DNA from: Lachnospiraceae bacterium UBA7076
GTDB lineage: Bacteria; Bacillota; Clostridia; Lachnospirales; Lachnospiraceae
Length of the DNA: 64,000 bases
NCBI GenBank assembly: GCA_002493625.1
Contig: DKZK01000010.1
Location: forward strand, 74,810-138,809
Reading direction: 5' to 3'
Positions within the stretch are counted from its first letter, which is position 1. The number at the start of each line of letters is the position of its first letter. The position numbers and the translations under genes are program-made. The notes under the pieces were generated by a model, which was not told where the DNA came from, made no database searches, and saw only the letters and a list, made by a program, of their open reading frames with translations. Shown piece after piece: positions 38,444-46,421 of this stretch.

Positions 38444-40059
38444 TTCCTTACCTGACTGCGCACCTTAAGCACAAAGCCCGGTGACACGGAAAGCTCATCG
38501 ATTCCCATGCGGAGGAACTGCTCCGTAAGGCTTGTGTCCGCTGCAAGCTCGCCGCAAATTCCAATCCATTTACCGTTTTTGTGCGCATTATCCGCAGCCA
38601 TTTTTATAAGCCGTAAAACCGCTTCATGGTGGGTGTCACAGAAGCCTTCCAGCATCCGGTTCTGACGGTCAATTGCAAGGGTGTACTGTGTAAGGTCATT
38701 TGTTCCCACACTGAAGAAATCAACCATAGGCGCAAGCAAATCGCTGATAACTGCCGCCGCAGGCGTCTCTATCATAATTCCAAGCTCAACATTTTCCGAG
38801 TATTCAAGACCTTCCTCCTTAAGCTCCGCCTTTACCTCGTCACATACAGCCTTTATTTTTTCCACCTCCGAAACGCTTGTAATCATGGGAAACATTATAC
38901 CAAGATTGCCGTAAACAGAGGCACGATAAAGCGCCCTTAGCTGCGTTTTAAATATATCGGTTCTTGTGAGACAAATCCTGATTGCCCGATAACCAAGGGC
39001 AGGATTTTCCTCCTTGTCAAGGTTAAAATAATCAACCTGCTTATCTGCGCCGATGTCAAGGGTCCTGATAATAACCTTTTTGCCCGCCATGCTCTCAAGA
39101 ACCTTTCTGTATGCGATAAGCTGCTGCTCCTCCGTCGGATAATCACTGTTTTCAAGATAGAGAAACTCACTTCTGAAAAGCCCTATGCCGCCTGCATCAT
39201 TTAACAGCACAGCCCCGATGTTGTCCACGCCTCCTATATTGGCAAATATTTTTATTTTTGTTCCGTCAATGGTGACATTTTCCTTGCCCTTAAGCTCGAG
39301 AAGAAGCTTTTTCTTTTCATTATCCTCAGCCTGCTTTTTCTCCATTGCATGGAGTGTTTCCTCATCCGGATTAACATATATGTCTCCCGTAAACCCATCC
39401 ACGATGGCAAGCTCTCCATCCTTTATATCATTGAGGAAATTCTCACCCACACCTATAATTGCAGGAATGTTCATATTTCTTGCAAGTATTGCCGTGTGGG
39501 AATTGGAAGACCCGTAAGCGGTTACAAATGCAAGCACATTCTCCTTGTCAAGGGCTACGGTTTCACTTGGCGCAAGGTCATCGGCGCACACAATCATTTT
39601 ACCGCTAACACCGTCCATGCCCGCGCTGTCAGAAGACAAATTCTTAATTATCCGGTTTGATATATCCCTCACGTCCGCTGACCTTGCCTGCATATAGGCG
39701 TCGTCCATGGAAGCAAACATCTGGGCAAAATTGTCCGAGGTCAGCGCCACGGCATACTCCGCATTTACAAGCTGTGTTTCAATTATGCTTGATATGGATT
39801 CGTTGTAATCCTCATCCTCAAGCATCATCATGTGAATTTCAAATATCTGGGCATTTGTCTCTCCAACCTCTCTGAGCGCCTTCTCATATATATCCGAAAG
39901 CTCCTGATTGGAAATCTCCTTCGCCCGTTCCACTCTCTTTTTTTCCGCCTCCACATCCTCTATACGGGTGCGCTTTACCGAAAGCTCCTGCCTCTTATAT
40001 ACCGATATTTTTCCTATGGCAACTGCGCCGTATACACCTTTACCTTTATATTTGTTCAT
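38425..40059 (-). CDS. ptsI: phosphoenolpyruvate-protein phosphotransferase (PTS enzyme I)
   Basis: Phospho-His region GSSNSHTAILAR and the PEP-utilising C-terminus (GTNDLTQY, ICGE). The ATG at 40059 lies 8 nt after AAAGGGG. Confidence 0.95.
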   Translation of the reverse strand: MNKYKGKGVYGAVAIGKISVYKRQELSVKRTRIEDVEAEKKRVERAKEISNQELSDIYEKALREVGETNAQIFEIHMMMLEDEDYNESISSIIETQLVNAEYAVALTSDNFAQMFASMDDAYMQARSADVRDISNRIIKNLSSDSAGMDGVSGKMIVCADDLAPSETVALDKENVLAFVTAYGSSNSHTAILARNMNIPAIIGVGENFLNDIKDGELAIVDGFTGDIYVNPDEETLHAMEKKQAEDNEKKKLLLELKGKENVTIDGTKIKIFANIGGVDNIGAVLLNDAGGIGLFRSEFLYLENSDYPTEEQQLIAYRKVLESMAGKKVIIRTLDIGADKQVDYFNLDKEENPALGYRAIRICLTRTDIFKTQLRALYRASVYGNLGIMFPMITSVSEVEKIKAVCDEVKAELKEEGLEYSENVELGIMIETPAAAVISDLLAPMVDFFSVGTNDLTQYTLAIDRQNRMLEGFCDTHHEAVLRLIKMAADNAHKNGKWIGICGELAADTSLTEQFLRMGIDELSVSPGFVLKVRSQVRNTDLSH

Positions 40060-40088
40060 AAGCAAAACCCCTTTTCATTGAACGTCAG

Positions 40089-40355
40089 CTATTCTCCGAA
40101 ACCTGTCTCAAAAAGCTCTGCTGCTTTATCAAGGGCAGCCTGCTCATTTTCACCTTCCGCGGTTATTTCCACCTTTGAGCCGCATTTTATGCCCGAAGCC
40201 ATAATCTGCATAACAGCCGTAGCCTTTGCCGTCTTTTCCCCGCATTTTAAAGTTACGTTACAATTAGGAAATTTCTTCATTTCCGCTACAAGCATTCCTG
40301 CCGGCCTCATGTGTATTCCCTGCGCATTTACAACCTCAATCGTTTTTGTTACCAT
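40089..40355 (-). CDS. ptsH: phosphocarrier protein HPr (His15 present, Ala at Ser46 position)
   Basis: 88 aa, collinear with B. subtilis HPr by recall. It has GIHMRPAG, but the regulatory-site region reads KATAVMQIMASG. The ATG at 40355 lies 8 nt after AAAGGAG. Confidence 0.9.
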   Translation of the reverse strand: MVTKTIEVVNAQGIHMRPAGMLVAEMKKFPNCNVTLKCGEKTAKATAVMQIMASGIKCGSKVEITAEGENEQAALDKAAELFETGFGE

Positions 40356-40427
40356 AATTTTATCTCCTTTCATTAGAAAACCTGACACATCCTGTTAATA
40401 TGTTTCCATTTTTTGTTCAGAAGCGAT

Positions 40428-42359
40428 TTATTGCGGCACCTTCTTTTTAAGAAGCGCAAGCAGCATCATTCCAACAACCGAACCTATTACAAGGGACACG
40501 ATATACATAGGCCAGTTGCTTACTACCGCAAACACGAACACACCGCCGTGAGGAGCCATAAGCGTACAGTTAAACGCCATGGAAAGACCGCCTGCCACGG
40601 CTGCGCCCACGAGACAGGAAGGGATAACCCTGAGCGGATCTGCCGCCGCATAAGGAATTGCGCCCTCCGTAATGAAGCTTAATCCCATAACATAATTTAC
40701 AGGTCCGTTTTTTCTCTCCTCATCCGTCCATCTGTTCTTAAAAAATGTTGTTGAAAGTGCAATTGCTATCGGAGGCACCATACCGCCTATCATAACCGCC
40801 GCCATAATGTCATAGCTTCCTGCCGCGATTGCCGTTATGCCAAATGTATATGCCGCCTTATTAAATGGTCCGCCCATATCAATTGACATCATTCCGCCTA
40901 GTATGCAGCCAAGAACAATCTTACTGCTGTCGCCCATATTGTTCAGGAAATTTGAAAGTCCCGTATTTATCATTCCCATAAAGGGATTAACTGCGCACAT
41001 AATTACCGCTATCAGTCCAAGCCCTGCAAGCGGATAGATAAGCACAGGCTTAATACCGTTAAGCGCCTTAGGCATATGGTCGCACAGCTTTTCAATTCCA
41101 AGCATAAGATAGCCGCCTGCAAAGCCTGCAAAAAGTGCTCCCAGAAATCCCGAAGGAATGTCACCGCCCACGCTTGCAAAGGTTGAACCTGTAGTTGCAA
41201 GATAACCGCCTACAAGACCTACAAGAAAGCCGGGTCTGTCAGCAATGCTCATGCCTATATACGCCGCAAGCACAGGCACCATAAAGTTAAATGCATATCC
41301 TCCGATTGTCTTTAAAAATTCTGCTGCCGCCGTATGGGTTCCAAATCCTGCATCCTGCGGTGCCCCCGCTATGGTGTCAATCAGAAATGCAAGAGCGATA
41401 AATATACCGCCAGCTACCACAAAAGGCAGCATATTTGATACGCCGTTCATAAGCTGTTTGTATATTCTTCTTCCAAATGTCTCATCGTCATCGCTACCAC
41501 CTGATACGGCTTCTCCGCTATGGTGATAAACAGGCGCGTCTCCTGCCTCGATTTTATTTATAAGCTCCTCCGGTATTTTTATTCCGTCGGAAACCTTTGT
41601 CTTATAAACCTTTTTGCCGTCAAAGCGTGACATTTCCACCGCCTTGTCAGCGGCAACTATTATTCCGTCACAGGCTGCAATTTCCTCCTTGGTAAGGACA
41701 TTCTTAGCTCCACCGGAGCCGTTTGTCTCCACCTTGATTGAGATACCCATTTTCTTTCCTGCTTTTTCGAGAGCCTCAGCCGCCATATAGGTATGCGCGA
41801 TACCTGTAGGGCACGCCGTAACTGCAAGCACCCTGTAAGCGCTGTCTGACACATTATTTCCCTCATTTTTCGCATTTGCCGCATTCGCCGGCTCGTCAGG
41901 GTACTTTTCCTTTTCCATATCGTCAATAATTTTAATAAATTCGTCCTTATCCTTTGCGCCAAGAAGCTTTGCCCTGAAATCCTCATCCATAAGTATTGTC
42001 ATCAGCCTTGAAAGTACCTCCAGATGAACGTCGCCGTCATTTGGCGCGGCAATCATAAATAAAAGATTTGATGGCTCATCATCCAAGGCTTCATAGTCAA
42101 CGCCCTCAGGCACTGTCATTGCCGCAAGTGAAGGACCCTTTACCGCCTCACTTTTTGCGTGGGGAATGGCAATTCCTTCTCCAACAGCAGTAGAACCCTG
42201 TTCTTCCCTTGCAAGTATACCTTTTCTGTAGGCTTCTTTATCAGCTATTTTCCCGCCCTTAACCTGAAGCTCCACAAGGGTGTCAATGGCTTCCGCCTTG
42301 TTTTTTGGCATTCCTCCAAGAAGAATGCTATCCTTACCAAGCAAGTCTACTATTCTCAT
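40428..42359 (-). CDS. fruA: PTS fructose-family transporter, IIA-IIB-IIC fusion
   Basis: N-terminal IIA(Fru/Ntr) with GIAIPHAK, central IIB with TACPTGIAHTYMAAE, and a C-terminal multi-TM IIC. Confidence 0.92.
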   Translation of the reverse strand: MRIVDLLGKDSILLGGMPKNKAEAIDTLVELQVKGGKIADKEAYRKGILAREEQGSTAVGEGIAIPHAKSEAVKGPSLAAMTVPEGVDYEALDDEPSNLLFMIAAPNDGDVHLEVLSRLMTILMDEDFRAKLLGAKDKDEFIKIIDDMEKEKYPDEPANAANAKNEGNNVSDSAYRVLAVTACPTGIAHTYMAAEALEKAGKKMGISIKVETNGSGGAKNVLTKEEIAACDGIIVAADKAVEMSRFDGKKVYKTKVSDGIKIPEELINKIEAGDAPVYHHSGEAVSGGSDDDETFGRRIYKQLMNGVSNMLPFVVAGGIFIALAFLIDTIAGAPQDAGFGTHTAAAEFLKTIGGYAFNFMVPVLAAYIGMSIADRPGFLVGLVGGYLATTGSTFASVGGDIPSGFLGALFAGFAGGYLMLGIEKLCDHMPKALNGIKPVLIYPLAGLGLIAVIMCAVNPFMGMINTGLSNFLNNMGDSSKIVLGCILGGMMSIDMGGPFNKAAYTFGITAIAAGSYDIMAAVMIGGMVPPIAIALSTTFFKNRWTDEERKNGPVNYVMGLSFITEGAIPYAAADPLRVIPSCLVGAAVAGGLSMAFNCTLMAPHGGVFVFAVVSNWPMYIVSLVIGSVVGMMLLALLKKKVPQ

Positions 42360-42374
42360 AAAAATCTCCTCCTT

Positions 42375-43274
42375 CTATAATTGTTTCAGCAGCTCGTACA
42401 CAAGCTCCTTTTTTGCAAGTCCGTCCGAAAATGCCGTTGCTCCTCCCGCAGCAGTTCCAAGCTTAAGGGCATATTCATAATTACCTGTTTCATATCCTGC
42501 CAAAAAGCCTGCCACCATGGAATCTCCTGCACCAACGGAATTTTTTACGCTGCCCTTACATACTCCGCACTTGTGAACACTGCCATTTTCGTCAAGAAGT
42601 ATGGCTCCGTCCCCCGCCATGGAAACAAGCACATTCACAGCCCCCATAGCCTTAAGCTTTCCTGCATATGCAACTATTTCATCATCTGTTTTAAGCTCAG
42701 TCCCAAACATTTCACCGAGCTCAAAATTATTCGGCTTAATAAGAAACGGCTTATATTTAAGAACACTCATAAGCAGCTCCTTTGTTGCATCCACAACAGC
42801 CCTTACTTTTTTTGTCTCAAGCCTTTCCAAAATCCTCTCGTATATATCAGAAGGCAGGGATCCCGGAATACTTCCCGCAAGTACAATTGTATCTCCATCG
42901 CTTATCTCATCAAGCTTTTGAAAGAGCTTATCAATATCCTCCTTCAAAATGTCAGGTCCCTGACCGTTAAGCTCCGTTTCATCCTTCGCTTTAATTTTGA
43001 CATTAATCCGGGAAAAACCCTTGTGAAGCTTTACAAAGTCTGAGCAAACCCCTTTATCTATGATTCCCTTTTCAATGGCATCCCCTGTAAAGCCTGCCAC
43101 AAAACCAAGAGCCTTGGATTTAATACCAAGCTCACCCAGAACCATTGATACGTTAATTCCTTTGCCCCCAAAATAGATCTCCTCTTTTCCGGAACGGTTG
43201 ACGGAGCCTGCTGTCAGCTCATCACAATGAACGACATAATCAACTGCCGGATTAAAAGTTACGGTATAAATCAT
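42375..43274 (-). CDS. fruK: 1-phosphofructokinase
   Basis: PfkB family (MIYTVTFNPAVD, GAGDSMVAGF). The start overlaps the fruR stop. Confidence 0.92.
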   Translation of the reverse strand: MIYTVTFNPAVDYVVHCDELTAGSVNRSGKEEIYFGGKGINVSMVLGELGIKSKALGFVAGFTGDAIEKGIIDKGVCSDFVKLHKGFSRINVKIKAKDETELNGQGPDILKEDIDKLFQKLDEISDGDTIVLAGSIPGSLPSDIYERILERLETKKVRAVVDATKELLMSVLKYKPFLIKPNNFELGEMFGTELKTDDEIVAYAGKLKAMGAVNVLVSMAGDGAILLDENGSVHKCGVCKGSVKNSVGAGDSMVAGFLAGYETGNYEYALKLGTAAGGATAFSDGLAKKELVYELLKQL

Positions 43275-44035
43275 ATCTTCACCACCTCCTCTTTAACAAC
43301 ATTAATCCTGGTTGCCACATTATACTTTTTATCAGTTTCCTGATCCGTTACAATTTCTGCATCCTTAATGTCTGCAAATGTTACGGAATACTTTTGGGAA
43401 AACTTTGAATGGTCAGCCAAAATATAGCTCTTAACGCTATTTTCTATAACGGTACGTTTTACTATGGCTTCATTTTCATCAGGCGTGGAATAACCACCGG
43501 ATATCGATATTCCGTTCACACCCAAGAAAGCCTTTGTAAAATTATAGCTTTTTAAATCAAGTACACACTTAGCTCCTACAATTGCCTCTGTAGATATTTT
43601 AATCTCTCCGCCCGGAATATATACCTTATATCCTTTTGCTGCCAGCTTTTTTGCATTTATAAACGCATTTGTGACAAAAACCACATCTTTTGCCGTAATG
43701 TAGTCCGCAAGCTTCTCCGTGGTAGTTCCTGCATCAATAAATACAAAGTCACCGTCATTTATAAACGTCGCAGCGTATTTTGATATGGCGTTTTTTTCCT
43801 CCATATATAATACCTGCTTCTCCTCTACATTATGTTCAACAAACGAAAAATTATCATTATTAGCAACAGCTCCACCATGAACCTTGACTAATTTCCCCAT
43901 ATGATGAAGTGCGTTAAGGTCACGTCTTACAGTGGAAACAGATGCGTCAAGTGTATTGCAAAGTTCTGTAAGCTTCACGCTTTTTTTATCATTAACAATC
44001 TCTAAAATCTTTGAATATCTTTCTTCCGTAAGCAT
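43271..44035 (-). CDS. fruR: DeoR-family transcriptional repressor of the fructose operon
   Basis: N-terminal DeoR HTH (VSTVRRDLNAL) and a C-terminal sugar-phosphate sensor domain. It is the first gene of the operon. Confidence 0.9.
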   Translation of the reverse strand: MLTEERYSKILEIVNDKKSVKLTELCNTLDASVSTVRRDLNALHHMGKLVKVHGGAVANNDNFSFVEHNVEEKQVLYMEEKNAISKYAATFINDGDFVFIDAGTTTEKLADYITAKDVVFVTNAFINAKKLAAKGYKVYIPGGEIKISTEAIVGAKCVLDLKSYNFTKAFLGVNGISISGGYSTPDENEAIVKRTVIENSVKSYILADHSKFSQKYSVTFADIKDAEIVTDQETDKKYNVATRINVVKEEVVKI

Positions 44036-44094
44036 ATAATTACTCCTTCCAAAATATCTTGACGTTTTTTGAACGTTTTTGGTTTTTCAAGAAC

Positions 44095-44123
44095 ATATTA
44101 CCATATATTTCAATATTATGCAA
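44095..44123 (-). promoter_or_regulatory. sigma-A-type promoter of the fru-pts operon (TTGCAT-17-TAATAT) with downstream direct repeats
   Basis: On the minus strand, -35 is at 44118..44123 and -10 at 44095..44100. Directly downstream (44050..44090) are repeats AAAAACGTTCA / AAAAACGTCAA, a candidate FruR operator. Confidence 0.55.
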
Positions 44124-44184
44124 TATTTTTATGTTAAAATAATTCAATAAGTTTCAAAAAAGAGCATTTTCGTTCATCTGCAAT

Positions 44185-44217
44185 GAAAAAGCAGGCTACC
44201 ACAACCGATAGCCTGCC
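44185..44217 (-). terminator. intrinsic terminator after the zinc-ribbon gene
   Basis: The minus strand reads GGCAGGCTA-loop-TAGCCTGC followed by TTTTTC. Confidence 0.8.
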
Positions 44218-44234
44218 GTTCTTTTTATTTAATA

Positions 44235-45059
44235 TTATCTGTAATTAAAATCAGGATTATCATACGTATCCATATGAATAAAGTAATATTCACCGATTCC
44301 TTTTTTCAGCTTTACAAGCTGTATATCAAACTCAGTATTAACCGTTACGTCTTTTCCACCTCTGTCCGCCGTTCCTGACATTTTTACGGTAACAAGCGTT
44401 GCGCCCTTTATGTTAGCCGTTTTACCGGTCTGATATTTTATGGAATCCTGAAGCTCATTCATCTCCATTTGCGAAAGCTCTGTGGTTCTGACAATCTCAA
44501 AGGTATCAATATGAGCGCCCTTCATATCATCAATAAGCTTCTGCGCCTCTGTCTGCTCGTTTAGATATGCCGGCATAATGGTTGCCATCTTATCGACGTC
44601 GCCATCGTTTACAGCCTCAACATAAATACCCATAAGTGCATCAGGAGTATCGGCTCCCTTTTTCTGTTTCAGATATCCTGAAATAATAACAAACGCAAAA
44701 ATACATATTGCTATAATAACTATAGCCCTCGTGATAAGCTTTTTTTGTTTTTGTTTCAGTTTCTTCTCCTTGTATGCCGCATCATCATCTATTACATTTT
44801 GTGCATATGTAAGAGGAATGGAACCTCCCTTAAGGTCATCCTCCACCTCAGCATCATCATCCTCAGCCCGAAGTAAATCCGTAAGTCCCGACCCCGTGCT
44901 TACAGTCATTCCCATTGGATTAGCAGACTTCTTTTTCTTCTGTGGCTCCTGCGGCTTTAAGGCAAATCCCCCCGTACTTCCCACAACGGTAGCACCGCAA
45001 TCAGGACAAATAAGCTCCTTGTCATCAACCTGCGCCCCACACACATGACATGTTTTCAT
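44235..45059 (-). CDS. zinc-ribbon domain membrane protein
   Basis: N-terminal CxxC..CxxC (CHVCGAQVDDKELICPDCG), one TM helix, and a C-terminal extracytoplasmic domain. A strong SD GGGAGGGA is present. Confidence 0.75.
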   Translation of the reverse strand: MKTCHVCGAQVDDKELICPDCGATVVGSTGGFALKPQEPQKKKKSANPMGMTVSTGSGLTDLLRAEDDDAEVEDDLKGGSIPLTYAQNVIDDDAAYKEKKLKQKQKKLITRAIVIIAICIFAFVIISGYLKQKKGADTPDALMGIYVEAVNDGDVDKMATIMPAYLNEQTEAQKLIDDMKGAHIDTFEIVRTTELSQMEMNELQDSIKYQTGKTANIKGATLVTVKMSGTADRGGKDVTVNTEFDIQLVKLKKGIGEYYFIHMDTYDNPDFNYR

Positions 45060-45082
45060 AAGCTAAATTCCCTCCCTTTTAT

Positions 45083-45469
45083 TTATAATTCATCAACGCC
45101 TTCATCTTCGTCCGAAGCATCATCCATAATGAATTCCTTACTTGTTACCTTCTTCCTTGAACGCTCCTCCTCCACATAAGAGGAAATAAGCTCCTTTACC
45201 TCACTCGGCTTTTTTATATTGTGAATTTTGAATACACCCATGGATTTATCTGAGGAGTGACATGTAATTGTTCCAAGTCCAAACATGCGCTGCCACAGCT
45301 TACGCTCCAATGAGACATCCATAATACGGTACAGCCTGACCTCATTTTCAGTCAGATTAAGCAGCCCCGTCTCAATAAAAATCCGATCCTCCGATAAACC
45401 ATATTTTGTAAAAGTCCAGGGAAGCCCGAAAATTATCCTTTTTCTGTCCTTCCATACTACATCTACCAT
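45083..45469 (-). CDS. bacterial PH domain (bPH_2/YdbS-like) protein, soluble
   Basis: RIFIETGLLNLTENEVRLYRIMDVSL..GLGTI pattern typical of bPH_2, and an acidic C-terminal tail. The ATG at 45469 follows GGAGGG. Confidence 0.65.
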   Translation of the reverse strand: MVDVVWKDRKRIIFGLPWTFTKYGLSEDRIFIETGLLNLTENEVRLYRIMDVSLERKLWQRMFGLGTITCHSSDKSMGVFKIHNIKKPSEVKELISSYVEEERSRKKVTSKEFIMDDASDEDEGVDEL

Positions 45470-45674
45470 ATTACCCTCCAAACCTCTCCATAGCAACATT
45501 TATGCATTTTAAAAAAAATACAGAACAAATATAGTATACAATATTGTATTTTGTATTTCAATACAAAAATACCATTTTTAGTGTTTTTCCGATAACATAA
45601 TACAAAATATTGTGTTTTATCCATACATTATATATTTATCCGCAATAAAAAATAATGCTTTTTTAAAAAAACGC

Positions 45675-45703
45675 TTGCATTTATTATAAACCTTTGTTAT
45701 ACT
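45675..45703 (+). promoter_or_regulatory. sigma-A-type promoter of tRNA-Glu (TTGCAT-17-TATACT)
   Basis: -35 at 45675..45680 and -10 at 45698..45703. A 9-bp inverted repeat AACCTTTGT/ACAAAGGTT brackets the -10 element. Confidence 0.6.
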
Positions 45704-45720
45704 TACAAAGGTTCAAAAAT

Positions 45721-45792
45721 GGTCTGTTGGTCAAGCGGCTAAGACGTCGCCCTCTCACGGCGAAAACAGGGGTTCGATTCCCCTACAGACTG
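45721..45792 (+). tRNA. tRNA-Glu (anticodon CUC)
   Basis: Hand-folded cloverleaf: acceptor GGTCTGT/ACAGACT (G1-U72 wobble), 3-bp D stem, anticodon stem TCGCC/GGCGA with loop CTCTCAC, T arm AGGGG-TTCGATT-CCCCT, discriminator G. CCA is not encoded. Confidence 0.9.
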
Positions 45793-45822
45793 CTAAAGTA
45801 TAAAGCGTTATAATTTATGAAG

Positions 45823-45860
45823 TCTGCAAGCCTTGCATTAAGGCGTTGCGGATTTTTTGC
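45823..45860 (+). terminator. intrinsic terminator after tRNA-Glu
   Basis: Stem CTGCAAGCC / GGCGTTGCGG (one bulge) followed by ATTTTTTGCTTTT. Confidence 0.65.
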
Positions 45861-45875
45861 TTTTGTTCCAGACAC

Positions 45876-46073
45876 TTATTTCTTAAATTCTATTATATCG
45901 TTCGGGGTACATTCTAAAATATCACACAATGTCTCTATCGTGGCAGTAGATATATTTTTTTCATGTTTCAGATTATATATTGTTTTAGACTGAATATTAT
46001 GCTTTTTGATAAGGGCATATGTTGTTATGCCTTTTTGTTCCATTGTATTCCAAAGTGGAGCATAGGAAACCAT
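45876..46073 (-). CDS. small XRE/Cro-family HTH transcriptional regulator (65 aa)
   Basis: HTH pattern ITTYALIKKHNIQSKTIYNLKHEKNISTATIETLCDIL. The ATG at 46073 follows AAAGGCGGTG. Confidence 0.8.
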   Translation of the reverse strand: MVSYAPLWNTMEQKGITTYALIKKHNIQSKTIYNLKHEKNISTATIETLCDILECTPNDIIEFKK

Positions 46074-46120
46074 ATATACACCGCCTTTCATTATATTTAA
46101 GTTACCTACATAAAAGCGGT

Positions 46121-46149
46121 TTGACTATACCGATTATTTTCGGTATAAT
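46121..46149 (+). promoter_or_regulatory. consensus-like promoter TTGACT-17-TATAAT with embedded 8-6-8 palindrome (candidate XRE operator)
   Basis: -35 at 46121..46126 and -10 at 46144..46149. The inverted repeat TATACCGA-TTATTT-TCGGTATA at 46126..46147 spans the spacer and part of both hexamers. Confidence 0.7.
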
Positions 46150-46221
46150 AGAAATGGCTATGTATATATTTTAATTTTCTAATATAATATTATGCTTTTA
46201 CAAAAGGAGTTTTGATATACA

Positions 46222-46410
46222 ATGAAGATAAATACTTATATCTGTTTATTCATAATATTAACAAAATTTACGGCAGCAATACTGATAGCGGGCATAGTAA
46301 CAGGATTTATTTACATTATAATCAGGGCAGTAAAAAAATATATCCAATACAGGAATGAAGACCTTCAGTTAAAAAAAGAAATACTTATGGAATTAAAAAA
46401 TAACAAATAA
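46222..46410 (+). CDS. small membrane protein (62 aa; one or two TM segments, charged tail)
   Basis: Hydrophobic N-terminal ~35 residues followed by a K/E-rich tail. AAGGAG lies 12 nt upstream. The gene is divergent from the XRE gene. Confidence 0.55.
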   Translation: MKINTYICLFIILTKFTAAILIAGIVTGFIYIIIRAVKKYIQYRNEDLQLKKEILMELKNNK

Positions 46411-46421
46411 AAAACAGTATA

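Noticed and set aside
42381-43043. Long antisense ORFs opposite real genes. Examples are 42381..43043 (220 aa, opposite fruK), 48761..49306 (181 aa, opposite hisF), 31279..31809 (opposite the response regulator), 22786..23367 and 24317..24613 (opposite the hybrid kinase), 25419..25892, 16242..16778 and 39832..40398.
   Set aside because: Each lies entirely within a confidently identified gene on the other strand. They have no SD, show low-complexity or Ser/Leu/Phe-rich composition typical of shadow frames in AT-rich coding DNA, and match no recognisable family.
45721-46420. Possible genomic island or prophage remnant integrated at tRNA-Glu.
   Set aside because: There is no integrase, no recombinase and no phage structural gene. 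I could not find a direct repeat of the tRNA 3' end downstream. Only the two-gene XRE/small-membrane module lies between the tRNA and mtaB. It is kept as a small module, not an island.
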